Below are positions 10,390-19,501 of a DNA stretch of 64,000 nt, in pieces (position 1 is the stretch's first letter; each line of letters starts with the position of its first letter). The notes beneath the pieces were generated by a model. It made no database searches, was not told where the DNA came from, and was given only the letters and a program-made list of their open reading frames with translations. The translations under genes and the position numbers were made by a program. The DNA lies in contig CAVQPR010000001.1 in the NCBI GenBank assembly GCA_963714865.1, positions 2,316,173 through 2,380,172 of the forward strand, in the 5' to 3' direction. This stretch comes from an uncultured Actinomycetes bacterium. Lineage in GTDB: Bacteria; Actinomycetota; UBA4738; HRBIN12.

Positions 10390-10952
10390 TGAACCGGACG
10401 CTCTTCATCGACCCCGGCCGGTGCATCGGCTGCCAGGCGTGCGTGGCCGCGTGCAGCGAGTGCGACTCCCACCGAGGAAAGTCGATGATCAGCCTCGACT
10501 ACATCGAACAGGGTGCCACGGTGGCGTCGATGCCCACCGTGTGCATGCACTGCGAGGACCCCGTCGCACCGTGCGCCGAGGTGTGTCCCACCGACGCGAT
10601 CCTCGTGACCTCCGACGGCGTCGTGCACGAGGCCGCCAAGGAACGATGCATCGCGTGCGCGAACTGCGTCCACGCCTGTCCGTTCGGCGTTCCGAAGCTC
10701 GATATGGAGGAGATGCTCCAGTACAAGTGCAACATGTGTTACGACCGCACCTCGGTCGGGCTCGCCCCCATGTGTGCCGCCGTCTGCCCGACCGGCGCGA
10801 TCTTCTACGGGAGCATCGACGAGCTGCTGGCTGCCCGACCCGGCGCCGCCGCCACCGACCTGGTCGTCTTCGGTGAGCAGGAGGTCCGGACGGGCGTGGC
10901 CATGGTGGTGCCGGCCGAGTTCGAACACGACGCCGTGCCTGGGGTCCGGTGA
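10386..10952 (+). CDS. Four-cluster 4Fe-4S ferredoxin subunit (DmsB/FdnH/HybA-like)
   Basis: Four Cys groups: CIGCQACVAAC, CMHCEDPVAPCAEVCP, CIACANCVHACP, CNMCYDR...CAAVCP. ATGA overlap with the Mo subunit stop. Confidence 0.85.
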   Translation: MMNRTLFIDPGRCIGCQACVAACSECDSHRGKSMISLDYIEQGATVASMPTVCMHCEDPVAPCAEVCPTDAILVTSDGVVHEAAKERCIACANCVHACPFGVPKLDMEEMLQYKCNMCYDRTSVGLAPMCAAVCPTGAIFYGSIDELLAARPGAAATDLVVFGEQEVRTGVAMVVPAEFEHDAVPGVR

Positions 10953-10953
10953 G

Positions 10954-11445
10954 ATGGCTCGCTCGGTGAAGGAGCCCGCCGCCTCCGACGATCCGTTCGA
11001 GCGGATCCGTGCCGATGCTCCCGTCACGCGCCGCGACTACCTGCGGATCCTCGTGACGATCTCGGGCGGTCTCGCGATCGGTGCGTTCGCCATCGCAGCA
11101 GGCATCTTCCCGCGGCGCACGGGATCGGCCGGCGCCGTCAGGATCGCGGCGGCGATCGAGCCCGGCCGATCCGTGACCTTCGCGTACCCGGGGCCCGATG
11201 ACCGAGCCATCGCGATGCGCATGCCGAACGGGATGCTCGTGGCGTACTCGTCGATCTGTACCCACCTGTCGTGCGCCGTGCTGTGGAAGCCCTCGAGCGG
11301 CGAGCTCGTGTGCCCATGTCACGATGGGCGCTTCGATGCGGCGTCGGGGCGGGTGCTGGGCGGGCCGCCACCACGGCCGTTGCCGGTGATCGACCTCGAG
11401 GAACGCCCCGACGGGATCTACGCGATCGGAGCGAGGGTCCTATGA
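10954..11445 (+). CDS. Rieske 2Fe-2S protein with Tat-like signal anchor
   Basis: CTHLSC...CPCHDGRF cluster-binding boxes. N-terminal TRRDYLRILV followed by a TM helix. Starts 1 nt after the FeS subunit stop. Confidence 0.8.
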   Translation: MARSVKEPAASDDPFERIRADAPVTRRDYLRILVTISGGLAIGAFAIAAGIFPRRTGSAGAVRIAAAIEPGRSVTFAYPGPDDRAIAMRMPNGMLVAYSSICTHLSCAVLWKPSSGELVCPCHDGRFDAASGRVLGGPPPRPLPVIDLEERPDGIYAIGARVL

Positions 11446-11717
11446 GAAGCAGCGACCGGCGTCTGCGCGTTCATCCCGGCGCACCCGGTCCCGGACCGGG
11501 TGCCGGCGTCGACCGTGATCCCGAGCGCGCTGCCATCGCGGTGACACGGATCGCGCTCGTTGCCACCGTGGTCGTTGGGCAGCTATGGGCGCTCACGGTG
11601 GCGCTCAACGCCTTCTTCGAGGAGGACATGACGGTCGTCTGGTGGCTGCTCGGGTTCCAGGTGATCTCGTTCGTCCTCGCGCTGGGGATCTGGCTCCTCG
11701 CGCCGGGCGATCGATGA
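11442..11717 (+). CDS. Small two-TM membrane protein, unassigned
   Basis: ATGA overlaps at both ends, with the Rieske stop and with the TehA-like start. Two hydrophobic helices (IALVATVVVGQLWALTVAL and VVWWLLGFQVISFVLALGIWLL). Confidence 0.5.
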   Translation: MRSSDRRLRVHPGAPGPGPGAGVDRDPERAAIAVTRIALVATVVVGQLWALTVALNAFFEEDMTVVWWLLGFQVISFVLALGIWLLAPGDR

Positions 11718-12766
11718 GCGCGGAGTCGGCGACGAGGAGCGCTCGCCGGGGCGCCTCGACGGTCGCGTCCCTGTCCCCGGGATACTTCGCGATGGTGATG
11801 GCCACCGGGATCGTCTCGATCGCGGCCGACCAGCGGGGCTTCCGAGGGGTGGCGGTCGCGCTGCTCTGGTTGAACGTCGCGTTCTACGTCGCGCTGTGGG
11901 CCTTCACGCTGACGCGGCTCGGACGATTCCCCGAGCGGATGCGTGACGACCTCACGAGCCACCAGAAGGGCGCCGCCTTCTTGACGATGGTCGCTGGCAC
12001 GAATGTCCTCGGCAGCCAGCTCGCTGTGATCGTCGGACGTCCCGGCATCGCCGCGGTTCTCTGGTGGGTCGGGCTGGCACTCTGGGCGGGGCTCTTGTAC
12101 GGCTTCCTGGCGGGCGTGACGTTCCGGGAGCCGAAGCCGGATCTCGGATCCGGCATGACCGGCGTGTGGCTCCTCTTGATCGTCTCGACCGAGTCGGTGG
12201 CGGTCCTCGGCGTCCTCGTGGCGCCCCAGGTGGGACTCCACGGCGCGCTCTTCGTGGCGCTCATGGCGCACCTGATCGGCGCGATGCTCTACATCGTCGT
12301 GATCGGGCTGATCTTCTACCGATGGGTCTTCTTCACGATGGACCCTGAACAGGCGACCCCTCCCTACTGGATCAACATGGGTGCGCTCGCCATCACGACC
12401 CTCGCCGGGGCCGGCCTGATCCTCGCGGCGGACTCCTGGGATCTGTTGGCCGAGCTGACGCCCTTCCTCAAAGGCACCACGCTCCTCTTCTGGGCCTTCG
12501 CGACCTGGTGGATACCGCTGTTGATCCTCATGGGGATCTGGCGGCACGGCATCAGGCGGGTGCGGCTCCGCTACGACCCGCAGTTCTGGTCGCTCGTGTT
12601 CCCTCTGGGCATGTATTCGGTCGCGACCACGAAGATGATCACCGCGGTCGGTCTCCCCTTCGGCGCGTGGATCCCCTGGGTGGCGTTCTGGACGGCGGCC
12701 GTGGCGTGGACCATCACGTTCTTCGGGATGCTCGCCGCGGAACGACCGGGACCCCGCCACCGCTGA
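11714..12766 (+). CDS. TehA / TDT (tellurite-resistance/C4-dicarboxylate, SLAC1-like) family anion transporter
   Basis: N-terminal SPGYFAMVMATGIVSIA and about 10 TM helices, typical of the TDT family. Translationally coupled on both sides. Confidence 0.65.
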   Translation: MSAESATRSARRGASTVASLSPGYFAMVMATGIVSIAADQRGFRGVAVALLWLNVAFYVALWAFTLTRLGRFPERMRDDLTSHQKGAAFLTMVAGTNVLGSQLAVIVGRPGIAAVLWWVGLALWAGLLYGFLAGVTFREPKPDLGSGMTGVWLLLIVSTESVAVLGVLVAPQVGLHGALFVALMAHLIGAMLYIVVIGLIFYRWVFFTMDPEQATPPYWINMGALAITTLAGAGLILAADSWDLLAELTPFLKGTTLLFWAFATWWIPLLILMGIWRHGIRRVRLRYDPQFWSLVFPLGMYSVATTKMITAVGLPFGAWIPWVAFWTAAVAWTITFFGMLAAERPGPRHR

Positions 12767-13488
12767 TGGGTCGCTTCCGCGGCGTTCAATGGGAGGCCGT
12801 CGCGGGCGTGATGGCCGCTGTCGTCGCGCTCGTTCTTCACCTGCTGCACGTCGTGGACATCGACGTGGTCTTGACGGTGATCCTCGTCTTGCTCGCGATG
12901 ATCTTGCTCGGCCTCGTCCGCCGCGAAGGCAAGGAGGAGCGCGCCGACGAGACGCTCGCCGGCGTCGCCAAGGACGTGGCCGGCCTGCGGGCCGCCCTCG
13001 CGCCGCCTGATGCGATCCTGATCGGGCCGCGTGCCCTGCGCAGCGAGAGCGAGCGGTTCGCGAACCGAGCGCGCGGGGACATGACCTGGTTCAACGTGTG
13101 CCTGAAGATGTTCGTGCCACAGGCGCTGTTCGATGCGATGCTCCGACCGGCGATCGAGAATCCCGAGGTTCGCCGGATCCGATTCGTCCTCGACGAGCGG
13201 GAGCGAGATGCGTGGGCAACCGAGGTGATGCCCAAGATCGCTCGGTGCCGGGGCGCGGACAAGGTGGAAGAGCCCGTCTGGACGTCCTTGCCCGAGACCC
13301 TGTCGTTCATCCTCGCCGGGACCGACGAAGGCACGACCGAGGCGCACCTGAGCTTCTGGGGAGAGCCGTTCATGGCCCATTCGACCGGTCGCGACGTCCC
13401 TCGATACATCTTCCATGTGCAGGGTCATTCTGAGCTGATCGCGCGCCTGTCCGACCTCGAACGGGAACATCCGCGAAGTAGGGGCTGA
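12766..13488 (+). CDS. Hypothetical membrane-anchored protein
   Basis: TGATG overlap with the TehA-like stop. Two N-terminal TM helices, then a ~170-aa soluble domain with no motif I recognise. Confidence 0.5.
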   Translation: MGRFRGVQWEAVAGVMAAVVALVLHLLHVVDIDVVLTVILVLLAMILLGLVRREGKEERADETLAGVAKDVAGLRAALAPPDAILIGPRALRSESERFANRARGDMTWFNVCLKMFVPQALFDAMLRPAIENPEVRRIRFVLDERERDAWATEVMPKIARCRGADKVEEPVWTSLPETLSFILAGTDEGTTEAHLSFWGEPFMAHSTGRDVPRYIFHVQGHSELIARLSDLEREHPRSRG

Positions 13489-13585
13489 CGCAAGGAACGG
13501 CGGTTGGTAGGGAGGAGACAAGGATGAAGCGAGGGGGATCAGGAGCGGTCACCGAGCTCGGGGGAGCGTGCCAGGAGGATCGACC

Positions 13586-13903
13586 TTGACGCACGTCACG
13601 ATCCAGAACGCTGCTGAAGCCGTCGAGATCCAAGCCGGCGCGGTGGTATCCAAGGTCATCCATCGCGACGACGACGTCGACGTGACGGTGTTCGGGTTCG
13701 ATGCCGGCGAGGGTCTGACCGAACACACCGCCGCTCGACCGGCGATCGTGCAGGTGCTCTCCGGGCGCCTGCGCTTCACGATCGAAGGAGAAGACGTCGA
13801 GATGACTCCCGGCTCCTGGGTCAGCATGAGCCCGGGAGCTGCGCATTCGTTGAGCGCCGCGGAGCCGACGATCATGCTTCTCACGCTGCTGCGCTCCGGC
13901 TGA
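13586..13903 (+). CDS. Cupin-domain protein
   Basis: AGGAGG lies 7 nt before the TTG at 13586. Cupin motifs G.G..EH (DAGEGLTEHTA) and G....P.G..H (PGSWVSMSPGAAHS). Confidence 0.65.
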   Translation: MTHVTIQNAAEAVEIQAGAVVSKVIHRDDDVDVTVFGFDAGEGLTEHTAARPAIVQVLSGRLRFTIEGEDVEMTPGSWVSMSPGAAHSLSAAEPTIMLLTLLRSG

Positions 13904-14098
13904 CGCCCGATCGGCCACCCAGCTCTCGGGCTCGACCGACCGGATCGATCATCTGACGGGCCGTGGGTGTTACCCCGCTGAGTCCGTGGGTACTCCGTTG
14001 AAGTGGCCGCAAACCGTGCGGTCAGGGCGTTCTGAGACACCCCACGAACGAAGGAGCCAAACCCACGATCTCAGCAGCCGCCCATCACAACCCCCCGC

Positions 14099-16897
14099 TC
14101 AGGATCCTGTCGTGTCGGATCGGAACTTCGCTGCCAGTTCCGTGCGGGAGTGGATGCCGAGCTTTCGGTAGATCCGCTTGAGGTTGGCCTCCACCGTGTG
14201 GATGCTGATGAACAGCGCATCGGCTACCTCACGGTTCGTGCCGCCCGCGGCCACCAGCGTTGCCACCCTGTCCTCGGTCGGGGTCAGTTCGAGCGACGAG
14301 GGAGCCCGTCCGCCGATCCGCGCCAACTCCTCACGTGTCCTGTCCACCCACAACGCGGCACCCAGCCCGTCGAAGACCTCCAAGGCCTTCGTGAGCGTGT
14401 CCCGAGCCTCCCGCTTCCTCTTGGCACGGCGCTCCACCGCTCCGCGCACCAGGAGGGTCCGCCCCAGCTCGAACGGAAGGGGCAGGCGATCGTGTTCCCG
14501 CACGGCCTCATCGGCCGCGGCCGATGCACCAGCCAGGTCACCTCGCGCCGCCAGCACGAGCGCCCGGCACCTGGCTCCCGTGGCGATCGTCCAGGCCCGG
14601 TCGAGGTCCCTACCTGTCTCCTCGAAGGGATCAAGGAGCGCCTCGGCCTCGTCGAGCCGCCCGAGAGCGACGAGCGCCTCGACCTCATCGGGGACGAGGC
14701 GGAAGCAGGCGGGCTCACGAACACCCATCGCTTCCTCGAGATCGAGGGCCCTGGACAGGAACGCATCGGCCTCGGCGGGTTGGCCGAGGGAAAGCTCGAG
14801 GAACCCCAGGACCGACAGGTTCTGGATCAGCAGGAGGGTCTCGCCGGCCGCTTCGGCGAGCCGCAGCCCCTCCAGGGCTTCCAGCCTCGCCGAGTCGGCC
14901 TGCCCCAGATGGGCTTCCACGAGGGCCACCGCGAACTGGCCCTCCGACAACATCCACGCCCCCATGCGGAGTCGCTGGAAGGCCTCCCTGCTCTCCCGCG
15001 CGTGCTCCATCGCGGCATCCCAGTTGCCCGCCCGGCACTCCAGTTCGGCGAGGTGGTACCGCATCTCCGGGATCGGGATCTCAACGCCGTGCGCCGCGGC
15101 ATCACCCAGGAGTTCGGTGAACGTCTGGCGGGCCTCGTCCAGGCGATCGGTGAACTTGAAGAGCTGCGCGATGACGAAGCTCGCACGGATGACGTGGGAT
15201 TTGAACTCGCCCTCCAGGTGCCCTTCCAGGGCGATCCCTCGATCGAGCAGCTCCTGATCGACCCCTCGCCCGAGGAGGAACTCGACGAATGGATAATGAC
15301 CGATCGCTTCCGCCATCACCCGTGGTTCCTGCAGCTCCTCGGCCAACTGCATCGCAGCGCGAGCGTGCCGTTCGGATGCCGCGAGGTCTCCCATGAACAG
15401 CCAGGCGTACCCGAGGTTCTGCTCGATCCGTGCGCGCAGCGCGCGATCGTCCCCCGCCTCGCCCCGAGCGGCCTCGAACACGGCCCAGGCCCCCCGCCAT
15501 CCTTCGACCTCGCCAAGCCCCATCCCCAGGTCCAGCAGCACGCGGGCCCGAGCCGGCCCGGCCGCCGAGAGGTCCACGGCTTGCTCCAGGACGCTCCGCG
15601 CCAGCGAGTTGTCCCCGCACTCGTAGTGAGCCACGCCCGCTTGGTGGGTCCGACGCACCAGGTCCTCGCCTCGGTCCCGCGGTGTGGCTTGGCGGGCCAT
15701 CTCCCAGAGCTCGGCCGCGGATTGCGGCGCGCCCCGGGAGGAGGCCAGCTGGGCAGCCTCCTCGAGGGCGGCGGCGACGGCGAGGTCCGGGCCCTCGACG
15801 GACAGCGCCAGGTGGCGGGCTCGTTCCTCCGGATCGCGGACGATCGTCGCGAGCCGCGCGTGCAGCTCGCGGCGCCGGGCTCCCGGGATCACCTGATAGA
15901 CGGCGGACGCGAGGAGGGGGTGGGCGAACCGAAGGCGGTCGCCTATGACCTCGACGACCCCGTTCTCGATCGCCGGATCCAGGCGACGGTCGACCTCTGA
16001 GGGATCGGTCGCGGCGGCGATCGCATCCAGCGTCGGTGCCGATAGGGCCGAGACGGCCTCGAGCGCTTCGAGGGTCTGGGCGGGAAGCCCTTCGAGGCGG
16101 TCCTCGACGAGTTCCTGAAGCCGCTCGGGGATCGGCGGCTGCTCGCCGGCCGCCAGCTCACCTCCACGACGCAGGAGCGCGCGTCCGATCTCCTGGGCGA
16201 AGAAGGGATTCCCTCCCGAGGTCTCGTGGAAACGAAGGAGCGTGGTTGGCTCGAACTCATCGCCCACCCTGACGCGCAGCACCCGTTCGATCGCTTCGAC
16301 GGAGAGCGGCCCGACGTGGACGCGATGCATGTTCTCCTGGGGGAGGGATGCGGTGACACCCAAGGGATCGTCGTCGGGATCTGTGCCTCGAACGGCTGCC
16401 ATGAGGCCGACCGCCTCTTCCTTGAGGCGCCGCACGACGAACTGGAGTACCCGGACCGAGGGGAGGTCCATCCACTGGATATCGTCGATGGCCACGACGA
16501 CCGGTGTGCTGCTGGCCACCGATCGAAGGCATCCCAGGACGGCCAGGAAGACGGCCCGCTGGTTGGCCCGGGCGCCCGAGCTCGGGGCCCGCAGGAGGGC
16601 CACCTCCAGGGCCTGGCGTTGCGGCTCCGGCAGGGCTGGCAGCGTCTCCTCGAGGACCGGCTCGAGGAGGTCACCGAGGGCGGCGTACGAAAGACGCGTC
16701 TCCGCCTCGACCGGGCCGCATGAGAGCGTGCGGTAGCCTCGTTGCGCCGCACTCGCCACACCCTCCCTCCATACGGTGGTCTTCCCGATGCCGGGTTCAC
16801 CGAACAGGAGCAGAGCACTCGGCCCGGCCGGGATCGAGTCGAGGAAGCGATCGAGGATCGCGAGCTCGGCCTCGCGCCCGATGACGTCGTCGGCCAT
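14099..16897 (-). CDS. LAL-type (large ATP-binding LuxR family) transcriptional regulator
   Basis: Walker A GEPGIGKTT near the N-terminus, a long TPR-like helical middle, and a C-terminal LuxR HTH (LTPTEDRVATLVAAGGTNREVADALFISIHTVEANLKRIYRKLG). Start taken at MADDVIGREAELA. Confidence 0.85.
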   Translation of the reverse strand: MADDVIGREAELAILDRFLDSIPAGPSALLLFGEPGIGKTTVWREGVASAAQRGYRTLSCGPVEAETRLSYAALGDLLEPVLEETLPALPEPQRQALEVALLRAPSSGARANQRAVFLAVLGCLRSVASSTPVVVAIDDIQWMDLPSVRVLQFVVRRLKEEAVGLMAAVRGTDPDDDPLGVTASLPQENMHRVHVGPLSVEAIERVLRVRVGDEFEPTTLLRFHETSGGNPFFAQEIGRALLRRGGELAAGEQPPIPERLQELVEDRLEGLPAQTLEALEAVSALSAPTLDAIAAATDPSEVDRRLDPAIENGVVEVIGDRLRFAHPLLASAVYQVIPGARRRELHARLATIVRDPEERARHLALSVEGPDLAVAAALEEAAQLASSRGAPQSAAELWEMARQATPRDRGEDLVRRTHQAGVAHYECGDNSLARSVLEQAVDLSAAGPARARVLLDLGMGLGEVEGWRGAWAVFEAARGEAGDDRALRARIEQNLGYAWLFMGDLAASERHARAAMQLAEELQEPRVMAEAIGHYPFVEFLLGRGVDQELLDRGIALEGHLEGEFKSHVIRASFVIAQLFKFTDRLDEARQTFTELLGDAAAHGVEIPIPEMRYHLAELECRAGNWDAAMEHARESREAFQRLRMGAWMLSEGQFAVALVEAHLGQADSARLEALEGLRLAEAAGETLLLIQNLSVLGFLELSLGQPAEADAFLSRALDLEEAMGVREPACFRLVPDEVEALVALGRLDEAEALLDPFEETGRDLDRAWTIATGARCRALVLAARGDLAGASAAADEAVREHDRLPLPFELGRTLLVRGAVERRAKRKREARDTLTKALEVFDGLGAALWVDRTREELARIGGRAPSSLELTPTEDRVATLVAAGGTNREVADALFISIHTVEANLKRIYRKLGIHSRTELAAKFRSDTTGS

Positions 16898-17042
16898 CAG
16901 CACTCTCCCGGGGTCGGTTGACGCAAGGATTCTAGGGCGGGGGTCCGAACGCTGAGCAGACCCCGCACGGCGGCGCGCTCGAGGTTCGCCCGGTAGCTGA
17001 CCCGGGTGAACCTGAGCGCGAACTGCCGGCTCGATCATGGAG

Positions 17043-17435
17043 CTACCCGGCCAGCATGCGGCCTTCCATGGCTTCGAGTTTGCCCGCGTCCCAGAGGGGC
17101 GCTTCGATCCGAGCGCCCTCCGCGAGCATGCGGCCTTCCATCGCCTCGATCTTGCCCGCGTCCCAGAGCGACGCTTCGATCCGAGTGCTCTCCGCGAGCA
17201 TGCGGCCTTCCATCGCCTCGATCTTGCCCGCGTCCCAGAGCGACGCTTCCGCGCTCGCCACCTCGTGGATGCTGGTGCTCGTCTCGCCGGTCAACGCGCG
17301 ATCGCGCGCCGCCACCGTGAGAGCCACCGCGCTCATGATCAACGCCGCGACGGCCAGGGCGGACACGGCCACGTTCCAGAACGTGAACCCCGCCGGCCGG
17401 GATGAGACCCTGATCGCTTCAGCCTTCGTGCCCAT
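17043..17435 (-). CDS. Membrane-anchored protein with three 24-aa tandem repeats (ASLWDAGKIEAMEGRMLAExxRIE)
   Basis: GAGAGGAGGAAGAG lies directly before the ATG. One TM helix (FWNVAVSALAVAALIMSAVALTV) is followed by the repeats, the last cut by the stop. Confidence 0.65.
   Translation of the reverse strand: MGTKAEAIRVSSRPAGFTFWNVAVSALAVAALIMSAVALTVAARDRALTGETSTSIHEVASAEASLWDAGKIEAMEGRMLAESTRIEASLWDAGKIEAMEGRMLAEGARIEAPLWDAGKLEAMEGRMLAG
17055..17262 (-). repeat. 72-nt in-frame tandem repeat, about 2.9 copies
   Basis: On the plus strand, units start at 17055, 17127 and 17199, each with catgcggccttccat. The units at 17127 and 17199 are identical over their first 50 nt. The unit at 17055 differs at about 9 positions. 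Confidence 0.9.
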
Positions 17436-17582
17436 CTCTTCCTCCTCTCAGCTCGGTGCTGATCGTGAGTCCGAGGCTAAGGGGAGCGGCGACGCAAGGA
17501 ATCCCCGAAACCCGTACCTATCGAGACGGGGCCCGGTACGCATCGCGTTGGGAGTGGTCGTCGATCGTCTCGGGTCGTGCCG

Positions 17583-18749
17583 TCAGCGCACGGCGTCGAC
17601 GAGCGCTTCGGCTATCGCGCTGAGGTCGACTCCTACGTCGTTGCTCAGCACGACGACGACGGCGCCATCCTCCGGCAGGCACCCTGCCAAGGCCATGTAC
17701 CCGATGTGTTCGCCGCTATGTCCCAGGGTGCCCGGAGGGTCTGGCTGATACAGCCCCAATCCGTACCCGTCGCGCAGGGTCGTCATCTCGGTCAGCGACT
17801 CTTCGGAGACGATCTCGCCGGCGCAGAAGGCTCGCCACCAACGTGCCAGCGAGGGCGAGTCCGACGCCATGGCTGCCGCCGGACCATCAGAGGTTGCAGC
17901 AGCCAGGGATGGCAGGTATCCGCCGCCCTCTTCGAGCACATCGGTCGACTCGCCGAACGGCATGGCCATCGGCTCGGTCGGGATCTCATCCGGTTGATAG
18001 ATCAGCCGCTCGACCCCGTCGATGTTCAGGACGCCGTCGCGCAGCACCGCGGCGATCGGTCGTCTGCGTACCTGCTCGATCACCAGGCCGAGGACGAAGT
18101 AGTTGGTGTTCGAGTACTCGAAGGTCTCACCGGGAGGCTCGCGATCGGCCAGGACCATCGCCAGCATCTCGGCTGTCGTCCAGGCCCGTTGCCGATCCTT
18201 GGACGGGCTCTCCTGTCGGCCCGGGTCGAAGAGGCTTGGGTCATAGCCTGGGAGACCGCTGCGGTTTCCCAGCAGCTGGCGGATCGTCGCTCCGTTCGTG
18301 TCGAACTCGAGGTCCGGCGGGAGGTGATCGGCGGCTGGGTCGTCGAGGCCGAGCTCACCCGCCTCGACCATCTGCATCACCTGGGCAGCAACAACCGACT
18401 TCGTGATGCTGGCGATGGCGAACTGATCGTCGACGGTGAGGTCTCGTTCGCCGTCAGCCTTGCCCGCCGCCCCGCTCCAGGTGCCGTCGGCGGTCATCAC
18501 CGTGGCAGTCACCCCGGCCTTCCCGGCCAGATCCTCGAGGGTCGCCTGGAGCTCCGCCGCCGTCCCTTCGGAGACCGGGTCCTCGCTGATGTCGGCGAAC
18601 GCCCCGATCGGGAAGACGTTGGCCTGCGCGGTTGCCGAAGGCTGCGTGGGGGGCGTCGTTGCCGAGCTTGGCCTCGCCGCTGGGCCCGAACTGCTGCAGC
18701 CCGCCGAGATGGCAGCGACGACTACAGCCGCGATGACGGATCGGTTCAT
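17583..18749 (-). CDS. Serine hydrolase, beta-lactamase / DD-peptidase (class C-like) family lipoprotein
   Basis: Lipobox AISAGCSS and SxxK motif FAIASITKS. ATGA overlap with the upstream gene. Confidence 0.8.
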   Translation of the reverse strand: MNRSVIAAVVVAAISAGCSSSGPAARPSSATTPPTQPSATAQANVFPIGAFADISEDPVSEGTAAELQATLEDLAGKAGVTATVMTADGTWSGAAGKADGERDLTVDDQFAIASITKSVVAAQVMQMVEAGELGLDDPAADHLPPDLEFDTNGATIRQLLGNRSGLPGYDPSLFDPGRQESPSKDRQRAWTTAEMLAMVLADREPPGETFEYSNTNYFVLGLVIEQVRRRPIAAVLRDGVLNIDGVERLIYQPDEIPTEPMAMPFGESTDVLEEGGGYLPSLAAATSDGPAAAMASDSPSLARWWRAFCAGEIVSEESLTEMTTLRDGYGLGLYQPDPPGTLGHSGEHIGYMALAGCLPEDGAVVVVLSNDVGVDLSAIAEALVDAVR

Positions 18750-19501
18750 CCGTTGCTTCCTGGCGCTTCGACGGCCTCCTCTGGGCGCAGGTCGATCGTC
18801 TCGATCGCCGCATCGAAGTACCCGTGGCTGTAGGTCTCCCGCAGCCCCGGCTCATCCCGCACGATCAGGGCGATCACGAAGCCACGTGTGTCGGTCCAGT
18901 TGAGCGCCACGGCAAAGCTGCCGCACGCCTGGAGCTCGATCGCGCGGGCACCGTCGACCGGGAATGGCCCCCCCATTCCGTGCCCGCCCTCACCGGGCAA
19001 GCAGAGGGGGACCTGCCCTAGGCCGTCCCAATCGCCCGGGGCCGTCCCGTCCCAGTCGTGGGCCTCGCTGGGACTCTCGAACGGCTGGGAGGCCAGGACG
19101 AAGTAGAGGCGATCTCCGAACGTGGGGTGGAAGATGACGTCGGCCGCTGGCGATTCGAAGTTCAGTTCTCCATCTGTCCAGGGCTCGGTCGCTGGCCTGA
19201 TCTGCCATCCTGCCGGGCAATCGATCGAGATTCCGTGGAGGGGCGACTCGAACCGCCCCGTCGAAGGGCACGGGCTGGGGGTGGGTGGGGTGTCGGCGGG
19301 GATCGGCGCCGGCGCCGTCCGGATCTGGGCCGCGCCGGCGAACAGCACCGCGATCGCGGCCGCGACACCGAGCGCACCGACGACGACGGTCCTCGCGGCG
19401 CGGCGGTGGGCCCGGCGGGTCAGGGGTTCGGCGTCGAGGAACGGGACCGGCTCCTCTGCGGCCATGCGCTCGAGGAAGTTGCGGACGTCCTGATCGGTCA
19501 T
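18746..19501 (-). CDS. Single-pass membrane protein in anti-sigma position (no ZAS motif)
   Basis: ATGA overlaps with the ECF sigma upstream and the hydrolase downstream. Short cytoplasmic N-terminus, one TM (VVVGALGVAAAIAVLFAGAA), then a ~190-aa external domain. Confidence 0.55.
   Translation of the reverse strand: MTDQDVRNFLERMAAEEPVPFLDAEPLTRRAHRRAARTVVVGALGVAAAIAVLFAGAAQIRTAPAPIPADTPPTPSPCPSTGRFESPLHGISIDCPAGWQIRPATEPWTDGELNFESPAADVIFHPTFGDRLYFVLASQPFESPSEAHDWDGTAPGDWDGLGQVPLCLPGEGGHGMGGPFPVDGARAIELQACGSFAVALNWTDTRGFVIALIVRDEPGLRETYSHGYFDAAIETIDLRPEEAVEAPGSNG

Noticed and set aside
14150-16000. 616-aa plus-strand ORF
   Set aside because: It is antisense to the LAL-type LuxR regulator, which has Walker A and HTH motifs. 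It has no motifs of its own.
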